From a virus (taxonomy: Duplodnaviria > Caudoviricetes), in the IMG/VR virus record IMGVR_UViG_3300023178_000006: DNA of 64,000 nt, one strand, 5' to 3'. Positions 46,229 to 55,471 of the stretch are shown here, one piece after another. The notes beneath the pieces are model-generated. The model saw nothing but the letters and a program-made list of their open reading frames with translations. It was not told the origin of the DNA and did no database searches. The translations under genes were made by a program, and so were the position numbers. Position 1 is the first letter of the stretch; the number at the start of each line of letters is the position of its first letter.

Positions 46229-47572
46229 ATGGAATATAACGTAAAAGTAATGTCTGCGCAAGAGATTGTAGACCTTCTTAATACGGGAAAATTAAATCCC
46301 GACCCAATTGGCCAGAGACCTCCCGTCTCTTCCGGCGTAAAAAAATCAATCGCAATTATCAAAGGACTCATGTCCGGTTATGGTGCTGGAATGTTAACCA
46401 TTCGAGACATTCGCAATGATGTCGAAGCACAAAAGATTTATGGTTGTGATTATCTTGTAATTGATGGCGGACACCGCTGTCGAGCTCTTAAAGCTTACTA
46501 TACTGGAAAGATTCTCATCGATGGTGAGAAATACATTGATTCAGATTTTAATCTGAGTGATGTCGATATACCAGTTGACGTAAGAGTATGTACTTCTTCT
46601 GAAGCTTCACGTCTATTTAGAAATATCAACACGACAACACCAACCAACTTTATGGAAATGGTAATGTCTGATGAAGAATCTAAAGTGTGTGAGTATATAC
46701 GTAGAAAAACTTCGTATGTACGCGAGTATTCTAATGAACCACATCCGTTGTTCGAAAAACAAATTAAACCTGATGGTAAAGTTGTTGTGCCAAACTGGGT
46801 TGATGACCAACCCAACCCAAGACGTAGATGGGACGAGTTTGTTGCTATCGCAATAATCCGTTCTATGGGTAAAGGTTTAGTTGATGCTGGTCAAACAGAA
46901 ATCGAAACACTATGTCGTGAAGATAATGAGATTCCTAAAACTGTACAATCAAGAGTAGACGATTTCTTAGACGCTGCTTTAAAATTACGTGTATTCCGTA
47001 AGTTTGGTTTAAATGACGCAATCTTCTCGGCTTTTTCTGTGTATTACTTTGGATTGGTTGAACAATTCGATAAGTTTAAAATTGATAATGATGAGGACTT
47101 CTTTAAGTTCTTTATGAAAACTTATACACTACTTACTGGCAAAAATGATACGTCTCTCGAAAAAGAAACGATTGAATACAATGATACCACCTTCTTTGTT
47201 AAGGAATTTGTCAGAAAGTATCGAAGACACTCAGCTGCAGGTAATGCACAGAAACTTGTATATAAACAGTTTACAATTCACGGAAACTGTGATATAATAC
47301 CAGATGGAATTACAGTTTTAGATACGAAACGTTCTCTAGGTAAACTCGATAGAGAAGAAGCATTAGCAGCACAAGGTTATGTTTGTGCAATTGATGGAAA
47401 ACCTTTAGAACTTGACGATGCCGTATTTGGACATGATACTCCTTGGTCACAAGGTGGTAAGAGTGTAATTGAGAATGGTGCGATGGTAAGAAGCGAACAT
47501 AACAGAAACATGGGAACTCTTACTCTCGATGAATATAAAATGATTTTAACTATGAGGGAAACTAATGCCTAA
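46229..47572 (+). CDS. DUF262 (ParB-like) + C-terminal HNH nuclease, GmrSD-like
   Basis: GQRP and VIDGGHR (DGQQR variant) at the N-terminus; CAID...FGHDTPWSQGG...NGAMVRSEHN at the C-terminus. Confidence 0.75.
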   Translation: MEYNVKVMSAQEIVDLLNTGKLNPDPIGQRPPVSSGVKKSIAIIKGLMSGYGAGMLTIRDIRNDVEAQKIYGCDYLVIDGGHRCRALKAYYTGKILIDGEKYIDSDFNLSDVDIPVDVRVCTSSEASRLFRNINTTTPTNFMEMVMSDEESKVCEYIRRKTSYVREYSNEPHPLFEKQIKPDGKVVVPNWVDDQPNPRRRWDEFVAIAIIRSMGKGLVDAGQTEIETLCREDNEIPKTVQSRVDDFLDAALKLRVFRKFGLNDAIFSAFSVYYFGLVEQFDKFKIDNDEDFFKFFMKTYTLLTGKNDTSLEKETIEYNDTTFFVKEFVRKYRRHSAAGNAQKLVYKQFTIHGNCDIIPDGITVLDTKRSLGKLDREEALAAQGYVCAIDGKPLELDDAVFGHDTPWSQGGKSVIENGAMVRSEHNRNMGTLTLDEYKMILTMRETNA

Positions 47573-47909
47573 AAATAATAACCCCGAAGCGGTCAACGTT
47601 CTTCAAGAATGTATCGACCTTCAGTTGAAAAAATCTAGGGATTATCAGAATCCTAATTCAACTGTACAACAAGCACAATACTATCCTAATGGTATTGTAA
47701 CTATTCACGATATCATGCATGCAAAAATGCTACGTATGAAATCGGTTATGGAAGCTATGCAAAGTGATGATTATAATCCAAACTTCGAATCTCTTGAAGA
47801 TTCAGCAAAAGATTTAATTAACTATGCGAGTTTCTTTGTTTCATTTTGTCGTGGTAAAATACCAGGCCAAGATTCCCGCAATGATGCATTTAATAAGAGG
47901 ACTAAATAA
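47565..47909 (+). CDS. DUF1599-like nucleotide-modification-associated protein
   Basis: LQECIDLQLKKSRDY...KMLR...SLEDS..DLINYA. Confidence 0.6.
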   Translation: MPKNNNPEAVNVLQECIDLQLKKSRDYQNPNSTVQQAQYYPNGIVTIHDIMHAKMLRMKSVMEAMQSDDYNPNFESLEDSAKDLINYASFFVSFCRGKIPGQDSRNDAFNKRTK

Positions 47910-48163
47910 TGAGTAATGTGATTATACCTTCAAGTGATGAAGATAAGAAAAGAATTAAAGGTGCTATGGAAGAAATGAGTAATTCATTTACTAGAGTAGA
48001 AGCCGAACGTGATTTTCAAAAAGAAGCAATTAATGCCTTAGCTGACGATGTAGATATTCCTAAAAATATTCTACGTAAAATGGCTAGGATTTATCATAAA
48101 CAAAATCTACCAGCAGTTGTAGCTGAACTAGATGATATTGAAACACTATTGGAAACAATTTAA
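47909..48163 (+). CDS. dsbA: dsDNA-binding protein (T4 DsbA-like)
   Basis: E.SNS..R..AERDF..E...ILRKMARIYHKQN. Confidence 0.75.
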   Translation: MSNVIIPSSDEDKKRIKGAMEEMSNSFTRVEAERDFQKEAINALADDVDIPKNILRKMARIYHKQNLPAVVAELDDIETLLETI

Positions 48164-48834
48164 TGTTAAGAGTTAGAGATATTCGTAATCAAATCGTAAC
48201 TGATTTTCTTCAAGGTGATTGGGTTATTGATAGAACAGGTGCTAAGACTGTTGAAGTCATTGGTGCCACATTTATTGCTGATGAAGATTATGTTATTCGT
48301 AAACCAGCTTATGAATACATCAAACGTGAATTGCGTTGGTATGAAATGCAATCACTGTATGTTGATGACATCCCTGGTGAAACTCCACAAATTTGGAAAG
48401 ACATCTCATCTGAAGAAGGTAAGATTAATTCAAACTATGGTTGGTGTATCTATTCTGATGAGAATGGTAATCAATACCAAAAAGTAAAACAAGAATTAAA
48501 GTCTAATCCAAACTCAAGACGTGCGACAATGATTTATAATCGACCAAGCATGCATACTGATTTTAACAAAAATGGTATGAACGATTTTATGTGTACTTAT
48601 GCTAATACGTTCTATATCAGAAATAATAGATTAGTTTCGCATTATATTATGCGTTCAAACGATGCAGTCTTTGGTTATAATAATGATTATGCTTGGGCAA
48701 AACACGTTCAAGAAAGACTTGCAAATGACTTAGGTGTTGAAGTTGGTGAATTAATTTGGACCGCTTCTAACTTTCACGTATACGAAAGACACTTTAATTT
48801 TATACAGGAATATATTGATGGCAATAAAGGTTGA
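48163..48834 (+). CDS. gp42: dCMP hydroxymethylase (T4 gp42)
   Basis: DRTGAKTVEVIGATF, YIKRELRWY, DIPGETPQIW, INSNYGW, RPSM, DFMCT, MRSND..FG..NDYAW (Asp specifying dCMP). Confidence 0.93.
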   Translation: MLRVRDIRNQIVTDFLQGDWVIDRTGAKTVEVIGATFIADEDYVIRKPAYEYIKRELRWYEMQSLYVDDIPGETPQIWKDISSEEGKINSNYGWCIYSDENGNQYQKVKQELKSNPNSRRATMIYNRPSMHTDFNKNGMNDFMCTYANTFYIRNNRLVSHYIMRSNDAVFGYNNDYAWAKHVQERLANDLGVEVGELIWTASNFHVYERHFNFIQEYIDGNKG

Positions 48835-49036
48835 AGTTACAGATGAACAATGTGATGAAATTGTGGTTGAAAGTCTTAATAATGCAATTGAACATTTCGA
48901 AGAAGCGTTCGAAGACAGAGCAAATGACGATGGTGGTTTAAACTACGCTCATTTCTCAACTAACATTCAAGAAGATTTAGCTGAAATACAAAAACACATT
49001 GAAGCATTTAAAACAGTGAAAAGTTATTATGTATAA
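48815..49036 (+). CDS. Acidic hypothetical protein
   Basis: Coupled ORF between gp42 and cd. Confidence 0.5.
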   Translation: MMAIKVEVTDEQCDEIVVESLNNAIEHFEEAFEDRANDDGGLNYAHFSTNIQEDLAEIQKHIEAFKTVKSYYV

Positions 49037-49490
49037 ATGGGATTCAAGATTCCTTAATATAGCGAGAGAAATCTCAACTTGGAGTAAAGACCCATCTAAA
49101 AAAATTGGTGCAGTATTCGTATCTGATGAACGTAGAATATTAGCAACTGGTTATAATGGGTTTCCTCAAGGTATTGGAGATAGTGAAGATAGGTATTTAG
49201 ATAGAGATATCAAATATGCATATGTAGTACATGCTGAGAAGAACGCAATATATAATGCTACATATCACGGAATCACTTTAAAAGATTCAACGCTATATGT
49301 ATGGGGATTGCCCGTTTGTAGTGAATGCGCTAAAGGTGTTATTCAAGTAGGAACAAAACGAGTTGTAATGCCCTCAATGGATTCTATGGGATTTGTCGAT
49401 GAGACAAGAGAAAAGTGGATTCATTCTTGGGAATTAAGTCATTCGTTATTTAGAGAAGCATTAATTGATGTTGATTTTGTTGACATTTAG
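49029..49490 (+). CDS. cd: dCMP deaminase
   Basis: SKDPSKKIGAV, TGYNG.P, VHAEKNAI, P.CSECAK. Confidence 0.93.
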   Translation: MYKWDSRFLNIAREISTWSKDPSKKIGAVFVSDERRILATGYNGFPQGIGDSEDRYLDRDIKYAYVVHAEKNAIYNATYHGITLKDSTLYVWGLPVCSECAKGVIQVGTKRVVMPSMDSMGFVDETREKWIHSWELSHSLFREALIDVDFVDI

Positions 49491-49508
49491 ATAAAAGTAT
49501 GGTATAAT
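49480..49508 (+). promoter_or_regulatory. Sigma70-type promoter (GT-MTase operon)
   Basis: TTGACA-17-TATAAT. Confidence 0.75.
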
Positions 49509-49510
49509 AT

Positions 49511-50743
49511 ATGGGTATGAAAAAATCAGTTTTAGTTATTGATAATCTCACAGAAACTTTCGATGGTTCTGTAGTACGTTCTGGACTTCAAAAGAGTTCT
49601 AAACTTGATGCCAGAGCCTTCAGCAAATTAGGTTATCAAACAACTTATATGTATTGTGGGAGAGTAGTAGACCCAGGATATGAATACATGCACTATGGTG
49701 TAAACTCCCTTGGTGCAAAAGACCAAGCAATGAAAGAAGGTAAGAATCCTTCTCGTGTTAGTAGACACTATATTAAAAGATATTTAGAAAGTGTTAAGGA
49801 TATAATTGAAGACCACGATTATATCATCGCTCATTGTCATAGTGTTTCTATGATTACTACACTCAATCAACTCGTCAAGAATAAAAGAATTATGTTTATT
49901 ATTCATGATGTTATTGATTTAATGTGGTGTTATGGATTCAGTGATGTTATTCGTAGAATGAGAAAGACAGATAGGAATATGTGTTATATTGCTACGAACT
50001 CAAACTACTCAATTCAAAAGATGAATGACATTCATGAGCGTGCCATTAAAGCTGGTTATGAAGATATTCCATTAAGAGGTGATGATGCTTTTGATGGATT
50101 CATCGAACACTTTGTTTGGACTGACGAAAAAGTTACATCTGAAGATATTGAACAAGTTGAGAATAAGTCAGCAATCATAGGAAGATACTCTACAGATAAG
50201 TTCCACCACAAAGTATACGGATATAATAATCCACAAAACACGATTGTTCATTATGGTGTACGTGACCCAAGACGAGATAAGACTGGAAGATACTTTGAAA
50301 ATCTTCAAAAGAAAGCAAATGCTTATATGGAAAATCTTCCAGATGAAGAATTATTCGAAGCAATTAAAACATCTCAAAGTATTATACTACCTTGTTTTCA
50401 TGAGGGATTTGGTTATACCGCATTTGAAGCTGGAATCTATGGAGTAGTTCCAGTTATTTTAGTTAAACAATTAGACCACACACAACAAATGATACACGCA
50501 ACCTCAGAATATCTTTTACGTGCTAATGTTAAACACTATACCGCAGACTTCAACGATGCAGATGACATATATAAAGCTATAGACGAAAGTATTAAGGTGA
50601 CTCCTGAAGATAGGAGAAACATAAGCCGTAATCTTTTAAAATATTTTACTGTGACTAAATACGTCGAAGAAAGAATTTCACTATTAGATGGAATGGAAGA
50701 ACGTATTTCTAGTGAGGTTGACCTTGAGGATTTTTTTGTATGA
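49511..50743 (+). CDS. GT-B glycosyltransferase, candidate DNA (hmC) glycosyltransferase
   Basis: ILPCFHEGFGYTAFEAGIYG (GT4-like); N-terminal architecture resembles T4 alpha-gt; next to gp42. Confidence 0.7.
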   Translation: MGMKKSVLVIDNLTETFDGSVVRSGLQKSSKLDARAFSKLGYQTTYMYCGRVVDPGYEYMHYGVNSLGAKDQAMKEGKNPSRVSRHYIKRYLESVKDIIEDHDYIIAHCHSVSMITTLNQLVKNKRIMFIIHDVIDLMWCYGFSDVIRRMRKTDRNMCYIATNSNYSIQKMNDIHERAIKAGYEDIPLRGDDAFDGFIEHFVWTDEKVTSEDIEQVENKSAIIGRYSTDKFHHKVYGYNNPQNTIVHYGVRDPRRDKTGRYFENLQKKANAYMENLPDEELFEAIKTSQSIILPCFHEGFGYTAFEAGIYGVVPVILVKQLDHTQQMIHATSEYLLRANVKHYTADFNDADDIYKAIDESIKVTPEDRRNISRNLLKYFTVTKYVEERISLLDGMEERISSEVDLEDFFV

Positions 50744-51933
50744 TTAAACACGCATCTATCGTACCACTTATCGGTGGTGAAACTATTGGCTCAGAATTAG
50801 CGTTTGGTGAAAAGCCAACGTATATGATGTCATACGAGGCATTCGAAGCAAATGATGCTCATGCCCGTAATTACTATAGTGGTACTCCGTACTATGTTCT
50901 AGATAAGGGTGAGAATCCCTCTGAGAGTGTAGATGTAGTATCTTCTGTATGTCCATGTGCTGGACTATCTCAGCTATCCCACGGATTTGGTGATGATAAT
51001 CCAAATAACCAATGGATGGAAATTACCGCAAGACATGTACTTGAAAATGTAAAACCAAAAGTATTTTGGGGAGAAAATGCTCCAGGGTTTGCAGGTAAAA
51101 TTGGTGATACAGTAAGAAACAAACTAAAACAGATTGGAAAAGAAAACGGATATACTATGAGTGTATATCGAACAAGGTCACTATTACATGGTGGTCCACA
51201 AATTCGAGAGCGTTCATTCTATTTCTTTTGGAAAGACGAACGTACTCCTCTTTTAAGTTGGTACAATAAAGAACATACTAAAATCGAAGATGTTATTCGA
51301 AGTGTAGCAGGCTCAAATAGTTTTACTGACCCAATCAATCCAAAAACTCCAAGTAAAGATGACCTTTATTATAAGTTCGTATTAGACCATATACATGGTG
51401 GAATTACTCATAAAGAATTCTTTGAAATTGCTGAACCACAAAGAGTAAGAGCACAAGACATGTTTTCATATATAGAACGTAGCGGTTATGATTACAAGCA
51501 AGTCGGCGAATGGATGGAACAAAATGGATACGAAAAAGAAGTCGAGAAGTGTAATTACAAGTATGAGAAACTCAAAGCAGGCGGAAATATTATGCGACGT
51601 GGGACGATTATTCCTAAGGATTATATTGGTGCCTTTGTTGGGCACTATCCTACTTGTCTTACTCACCCTGATGATGATAGGTATATTAATTATCGCGAAG
51701 CTATGGCGATTATGGGATTACCTAACGATTTTGAATTACTCAACCCCAAAAAATCGGCGAACCACATCTGTCAAAACGTACCCGTACAAACAGCCCGAGA
51801 CATGGCTACGGAAGTAAAGAAATACTTAGAGGGTAAATTACAAATGGTTGATACTGATTACGTAGTTCAGTATAATCATCAACAGAAAAATAACTACGTA
51901 GAAAAATGCGATACACTTGAGGCTTTTATATGA
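50740..51933 (+). CDS. C5-cytosine methyltransferase-fold protein with atypical motif I
   Basis: VPLIGG (cf. FxGxG), CPCAGLS, WGENAPG, QIRERSF, THP...R....REAMAIMG.P, QNVP. Confidence 0.8.
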   Translation: MIKHASIVPLIGGETIGSELAFGEKPTYMMSYEAFEANDAHARNYYSGTPYYVLDKGENPSESVDVVSSVCPCAGLSQLSHGFGDDNPNNQWMEITARHVLENVKPKVFWGENAPGFAGKIGDTVRNKLKQIGKENGYTMSVYRTRSLLHGGPQIRERSFYFFWKDERTPLLSWYNKEHTKIEDVIRSVAGSNSFTDPINPKTPSKDDLYYKFVLDHIHGGITHKEFFEIAEPQRVRAQDMFSYIERSGYDYKQVGEWMEQNGYEKEVEKCNYKYEKLKAGGNIMRRGTIIPKDYIGAFVGHYPTCLTHPDDDRYINYREAMAIMGLPNDFELLNPKKSANHICQNVPVQTARDMATEVKKYLEGKLQMVDTDYVVQYNHQQKNNYVEKCDTLEAFI

Positions 51934-52532
51934 AACACATGATTTTTGATTTTGAGACAATGGGTACAGAACCTATTGACTGTGCGGTTGTCGATGTATC
52001 AGCATTTGTTTTTGATTGGGATAGATTCGAAACTCGTCCATATACTTTAAAAGACGTACAGAACGTTAAAAGATGGAAGCTCTCAGTAAAAGACCAAGTA
52101 GAAAATTATAACTATAAGGTTGAAAATTCTGTAATTGAATTTTGGCAACAACAAGACAAAGAAGTACGTGATAAAGTAAAACCACAACCAACAGATTTAA
52201 CAGTAAAAGAATTCGTAAATGAGTTTCACGATTTTATTATTGATTCAAACATAAAATACTGGTGGAGTCGTAGTAACGCTTTCGACCCAGTAATTTTAAC
52301 AAGACTATTCGATTCACAAGGAAAGAAACAACACTTATATGAGTATTGTAAATATTATCTCGTACGTGACACCCGTACGTGGATTGATGCAAAATTAAAC
52401 TTTCCTAAGAAAAATGGATTTACAATTCCTGAGTGGGACGAAGCGTTTAAAGCACATGATAGTTCATGGGATATACTTATTGATGTATTAAGAATGCAAC
52501 TAATTCATAGAGCAGAATTTGATTTAGATTAA
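51930..52532 (+). CDS. dexA: DEDDh 3'-5' exonuclease (T4 DexA)
   Basis: IFDFETMG, WSRSNAFD, VRDTRT, AHD...D. Confidence 0.85.
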   Translation: MKHMIFDFETMGTEPIDCAVVDVSAFVFDWDRFETRPYTLKDVQNVKRWKLSVKDQVENYNYKVENSVIEFWQQQDKEVRDKVKPQPTDLTVKEFVNEFHDFIIDSNIKYWWSRSNAFDPVILTRLFDSQGKKQHLYEYCKYYLVRDTRTWIDAKLNFPKKNGFTIPEWDEAFKAHDSSWDILIDVLRMQLIHRAEFDLD

Positions 52533-52542
52533 GGATTATATT

Positions 52543-53397
52543 ATGGAAATAAAAATACCAGTAGAAAATTTAAGAGATTATAAGTTGTTCGTTGGCGCAC
52601 CAATGTATGGTGGTCAATGTTCTGGACTATTTACAAAATCAACTAATGATTTGAGTATGTTATGTACTCAATATGGAATACCAATTAAATACTATTTCTT
52701 ATTCAATGAGAGTCTAGTACAAAGAGCTCGTAACTATGTCGTTGATGAGTTTATGAGAAGTGATTGTACTCACTTATTGTTTATTGATAGTGATATTGGT
52801 TTCAATCCTAGAGATGCTCTAGCACTTTTAGGTATTCAAACACAGGACCCAGAAAAATACGATATTGTAACAGGTCCTTATCCAAAGAAAACTATCGCTT
52901 GGGAAAAGATTGCTCAAGCAGCTGATAGAGGATTTCATAAAGAGAATCCATTTAATTTGGAACAATTCACATCAGACTTTGTCTTTAATCCTGTAAAAGG
53001 AACTAAAGAATTTAAAGTATCAGAACCCGTTGAAGTTCAAGAAGCCGGGACAGGATTTATGCTTATCCCAAGGTCAGCATTAGAAAAATATCGTGATGCT
53101 TATCCTGAACTTCAATACAAACCAGACCATGCACGTACTGATAACTTTGATGGGTCAAGAAAGATTACAGCATTCTTTGATTGTGTAATCGACCCACAAA
53201 CGAATAGGTACTTGTCAGAGGATTATTTCTTTTGTCATAAAGCAAGAGACATAGGACTCTCAGTTTGGATGTGTCCTTGGATGCAGATAAACCATGTTGG
53301 AACTTATATTTTCAAAGGTAATATGGCAGCACTAGGTCAACTAGGCGCTTCCCCTACTGCTAATGCTTCTTCTAACAAAAAAGCGTATAAAAAGTAA
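52543..53397 (+). CDS. GT-A fold glycosyltransferase-like protein
   Basis: P.YGG, ESLVQRARN, THLLFIDSDI, GTGFMLI, YLSEDYFFC. Confidence 0.7.
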   Translation: MEIKIPVENLRDYKLFVGAPMYGGQCSGLFTKSTNDLSMLCTQYGIPIKYYFLFNESLVQRARNYVVDEFMRSDCTHLLFIDSDIGFNPRDALALLGIQTQDPEKYDIVTGPYPKKTIAWEKIAQAADRGFHKENPFNLEQFTSDFVFNPVKGTKEFKVSEPVEVQEAGTGFMLIPRSALEKYRDAYPELQYKPDHARTDNFDGSRKITAFFDCVIDPQTNRYLSEDYFFCHKARDIGLSVWMCPWMQINHVGTYIFKGNMAALGQLGASPTANASSNKKAYKK

Positions 53398-53405
53398 AAT
53401 AACAG

Positions 53406-53434
53406 TTGACAACGCAACCAACTTGGTATATAAT
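53406..53434 (+). promoter_or_regulatory. Sigma70-type promoter (gp45)
   Basis: AACAG-TTGACA-17-TATAAT. Confidence 0.8.
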
Positions 53435-53468
53435 ATACCAGTAATATTAACATCGGAGAATCTATATT

Positions 53469-54131
53469 ATGAAATTTTCGAATGAAACATTGAGTGTTCT
53501 CAAAAGTTTTACCGCAATCAACAAATCAATTTTGATGAAAGAAGGTAATATTTTGAAAACCATCACTCCAGAAAAGACTTTGATTGCTATTGCAGAAATC
53601 CCAGATGAGATTCCAAGCGAAGCTTGTGTATATGACTTATCAAGATTTCTTTCAATTTTAAGTCTTTATAATGACCCAGACGTTGAGTTTGGAGATAAAT
53701 ACTTTATTATCTCTGAAGGTAAACGTAGAACTAAGTACGTCTACGCCGATATCTCTATGATACATACCCCGCCGGAAAAAGAAATTTCTCTTCCTTCGGC
53801 AGATGTTCAAGTGAGTGTATCAAACGGAGACTTGTCTTCTGTATTGAAGGCAGCAGGGGTACTCCAATTTTCAGAAATCGCATTTGTTGGCGAAAGTGGC
53901 AAGTGTTATCTGAAAGCAATCGACAGTACGAACGAAAACGCAGATGACTTTGGCGTTGAAATCGGTGAGACTGACGATGACTTCAAGATTATTATCAAAA
54001 CTGATAACTTGAAGTTAATGCCTTTAGATTATGAGGTTACACTTTGTTCAAAAGGTATCTCAGAATTTAAAGGTCAAGGTGTCACATATTATGTGGCTAT
54101 TGATTCAAAGTCGACTTATAATAAAAGGTGA
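53469..54131 (+). CDS. gp45: Sliding clamp (T4 gp45)
   Basis: MKFSNETLSVLKSF..IN.SI, YDL..FL, Y.YAD, YYVAI. Confidence 0.93.
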   Translation: MKFSNETLSVLKSFTAINKSILMKEGNILKTITPEKTLIAIAEIPDEIPSEACVYDLSRFLSILSLYNDPDVEFGDKYFIISEGKRRTKYVYADISMIHTPPEKEISLPSADVQVSVSNGDLSSVLKAAGVLQFSEIAFVGESGKCYLKAIDSTNENADDFGVEIGETDDDFKIIIKTDNLKLMPLDYEVTLCSKGISEFKGQGVTYYVAIDSKSTYNKR

Positions 54132-54427
54132 TTAATATGAATGAACCAGTAAATGGAAACTTTGGTGGCCAACAGCCCCAACAGCAACAAGAAGTTAAGA
54201 TTACTCTTAATGACTTGTCTACCGTCTTACAATTGATTGACATTGTCTCTCAACGTGGCGGGTTCCAAGGAAACGAACTGGCAGGTGTAGGTATGCTAAG
54301 AAATAAAATCGAAGCATTCTTACGTCAAAATGCACCACAACAAGAGCAACTCGACGGTGTCGGCGCTCAAGAAGTGGATGTAGATTTGCCAGCTGAAGGT
54401 CCCTTGGCTGATAAAGTAGTTGATTAA
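54128..54427 (+). CDS. Hypothetical protein
   Basis: ITLNDL...LQLID..SQRG.FQG.EL..VG.LR. Confidence 0.6.
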   Translation: MINMNEPVNGNFGGQQPQQQQEVKITLNDLSTVLQLIDIVSQRGGFQGNELAGVGMLRNKIEAFLRQNAPQQEQLDGVGAQEVDVDLPAEGPLADKVVD

Positions 54428-54520
54428 TAACAACTACGCTCTTTCTCGAGAACAGGGGACTTGGCCATAAACCAGTCCCCGCCCTTTATCTCAACTTTTA
54501 TATTATGAATATGGTGACCT

Positions 54521-55471
54521 ATGGAAACAAAAACAAATGAAGTACTTTGGGTAGAAAAGTATCGTCCTCAAAATATTGAGGATACTATTCTTCCTGAAAC
54601 TATGAAAAACACTTTTCGCAAATTTGTATCAGACGAAAGTGTTCCCAATCTCTTATTAACTGGTGGACCAGGTGTAGGTAAAACAACAATTGCAAAAGCA
54701 ATGCTTGAAGAACTTGGTTGTGATTACATTATTAAAAATGGTTCGCTTAACGTTAACATCGATTCTATTCGATATGACATTTCAACTTTCGCATCTGCCG
54801 TATCTCTCACAGGTACAGGTCGAAAGTATGTAATATTTGATGAAGCAGATTATTTGAACGCAGCAAATGTTCAACCTGCTCTTCGTAATTTTATTGAAGA
54901 ATACTCCGCTAACTGTGGATTTATCTTTACTTGTAATTTTAAGAATAGAATCATCTCTCCACTTCGCTCTCGTCTTTCTGAAGTGGACTTTACAATTGCA
55001 CAAGAAGAAAGACCACAACTCGCAATGCAGTTCTTTAAGCGAGTTATCAATATTCTCGAAAACGAAAATGTACAATATGACAAAGCTGTCGTAGCAAAAG
55101 TTATTGAAAAACATTTCCCAGATTTTCGTAGAGTATTAACTGAATTACAATCCTATGCAGCATCAGGTAAAATTGACGAAGGTATCTTTGTTAATTTAAA
55201 ACAAGAATCTATTGACGAACTCTTTACATTCTTAAAAGCTAAAAACTTTACTGAAATGCGCAAATGGGTTGCAAGAAATTCTGACCAAGACATGAATGAA
55301 ATGTTTCGTAGATTTTATGACATGGCATCAGATAAAGTAGAATTTAGAACGCAACCAGGTTTTATCGTCACCCTTGCAGATTACATGTATAAAAGTAATT
55401 TTGTAGCTGACCAAGAAATTAACATGGTTGCCTTTTTAACAGAGGTAATGATTGAATCGGAATTCGTCTAA
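54521..55471 (+). CDS. gp44: Clamp loader AAA+ subunit (T4 gp44)
   Basis: LWVEKYRP, GPGVGKTT, FDEAD, LRNFIE, PLRSR, FPDFRR. Confidence 0.95.
   Translation: METKTNEVLWVEKYRPQNIEDTILPETMKNTFRKFVSDESVPNLLLTGGPGVGKTTIAKAMLEELGCDYIIKNGSLNVNIDSIRYDISTFASAVSLTGTGRKYVIFDEADYLNAANVQPALRNFIEEYSANCGFIFTCNFKNRIISPLRSRLSEVDFTIAQEERPQLAMQFFKRVINILENENVQYDKAVVAKVIEKHFPDFRRVLTELQSYAASGKIDEGIFVNLKQESIDELFTFLKAKNFTEMRKWVARNSDQDMNEMFRRFYDMASDKVEFRTQPGFIVTLADYMYKSNFVADQEINMVAFLTEVMIESEFV

Noticed and set aside
48163-48834. Calling this gene thymidylate synthase
   Set aside because: Colinear matches to T4 gp42 and Asp in NDYAW (Asn in TS) indicate dCMP hydroxymethylase.
54455-54480. GC hairpin after the 54128 ORF
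   Set aside because: No adjacent U-run; could be a processing or stability stem, but not supportable as a terminator.
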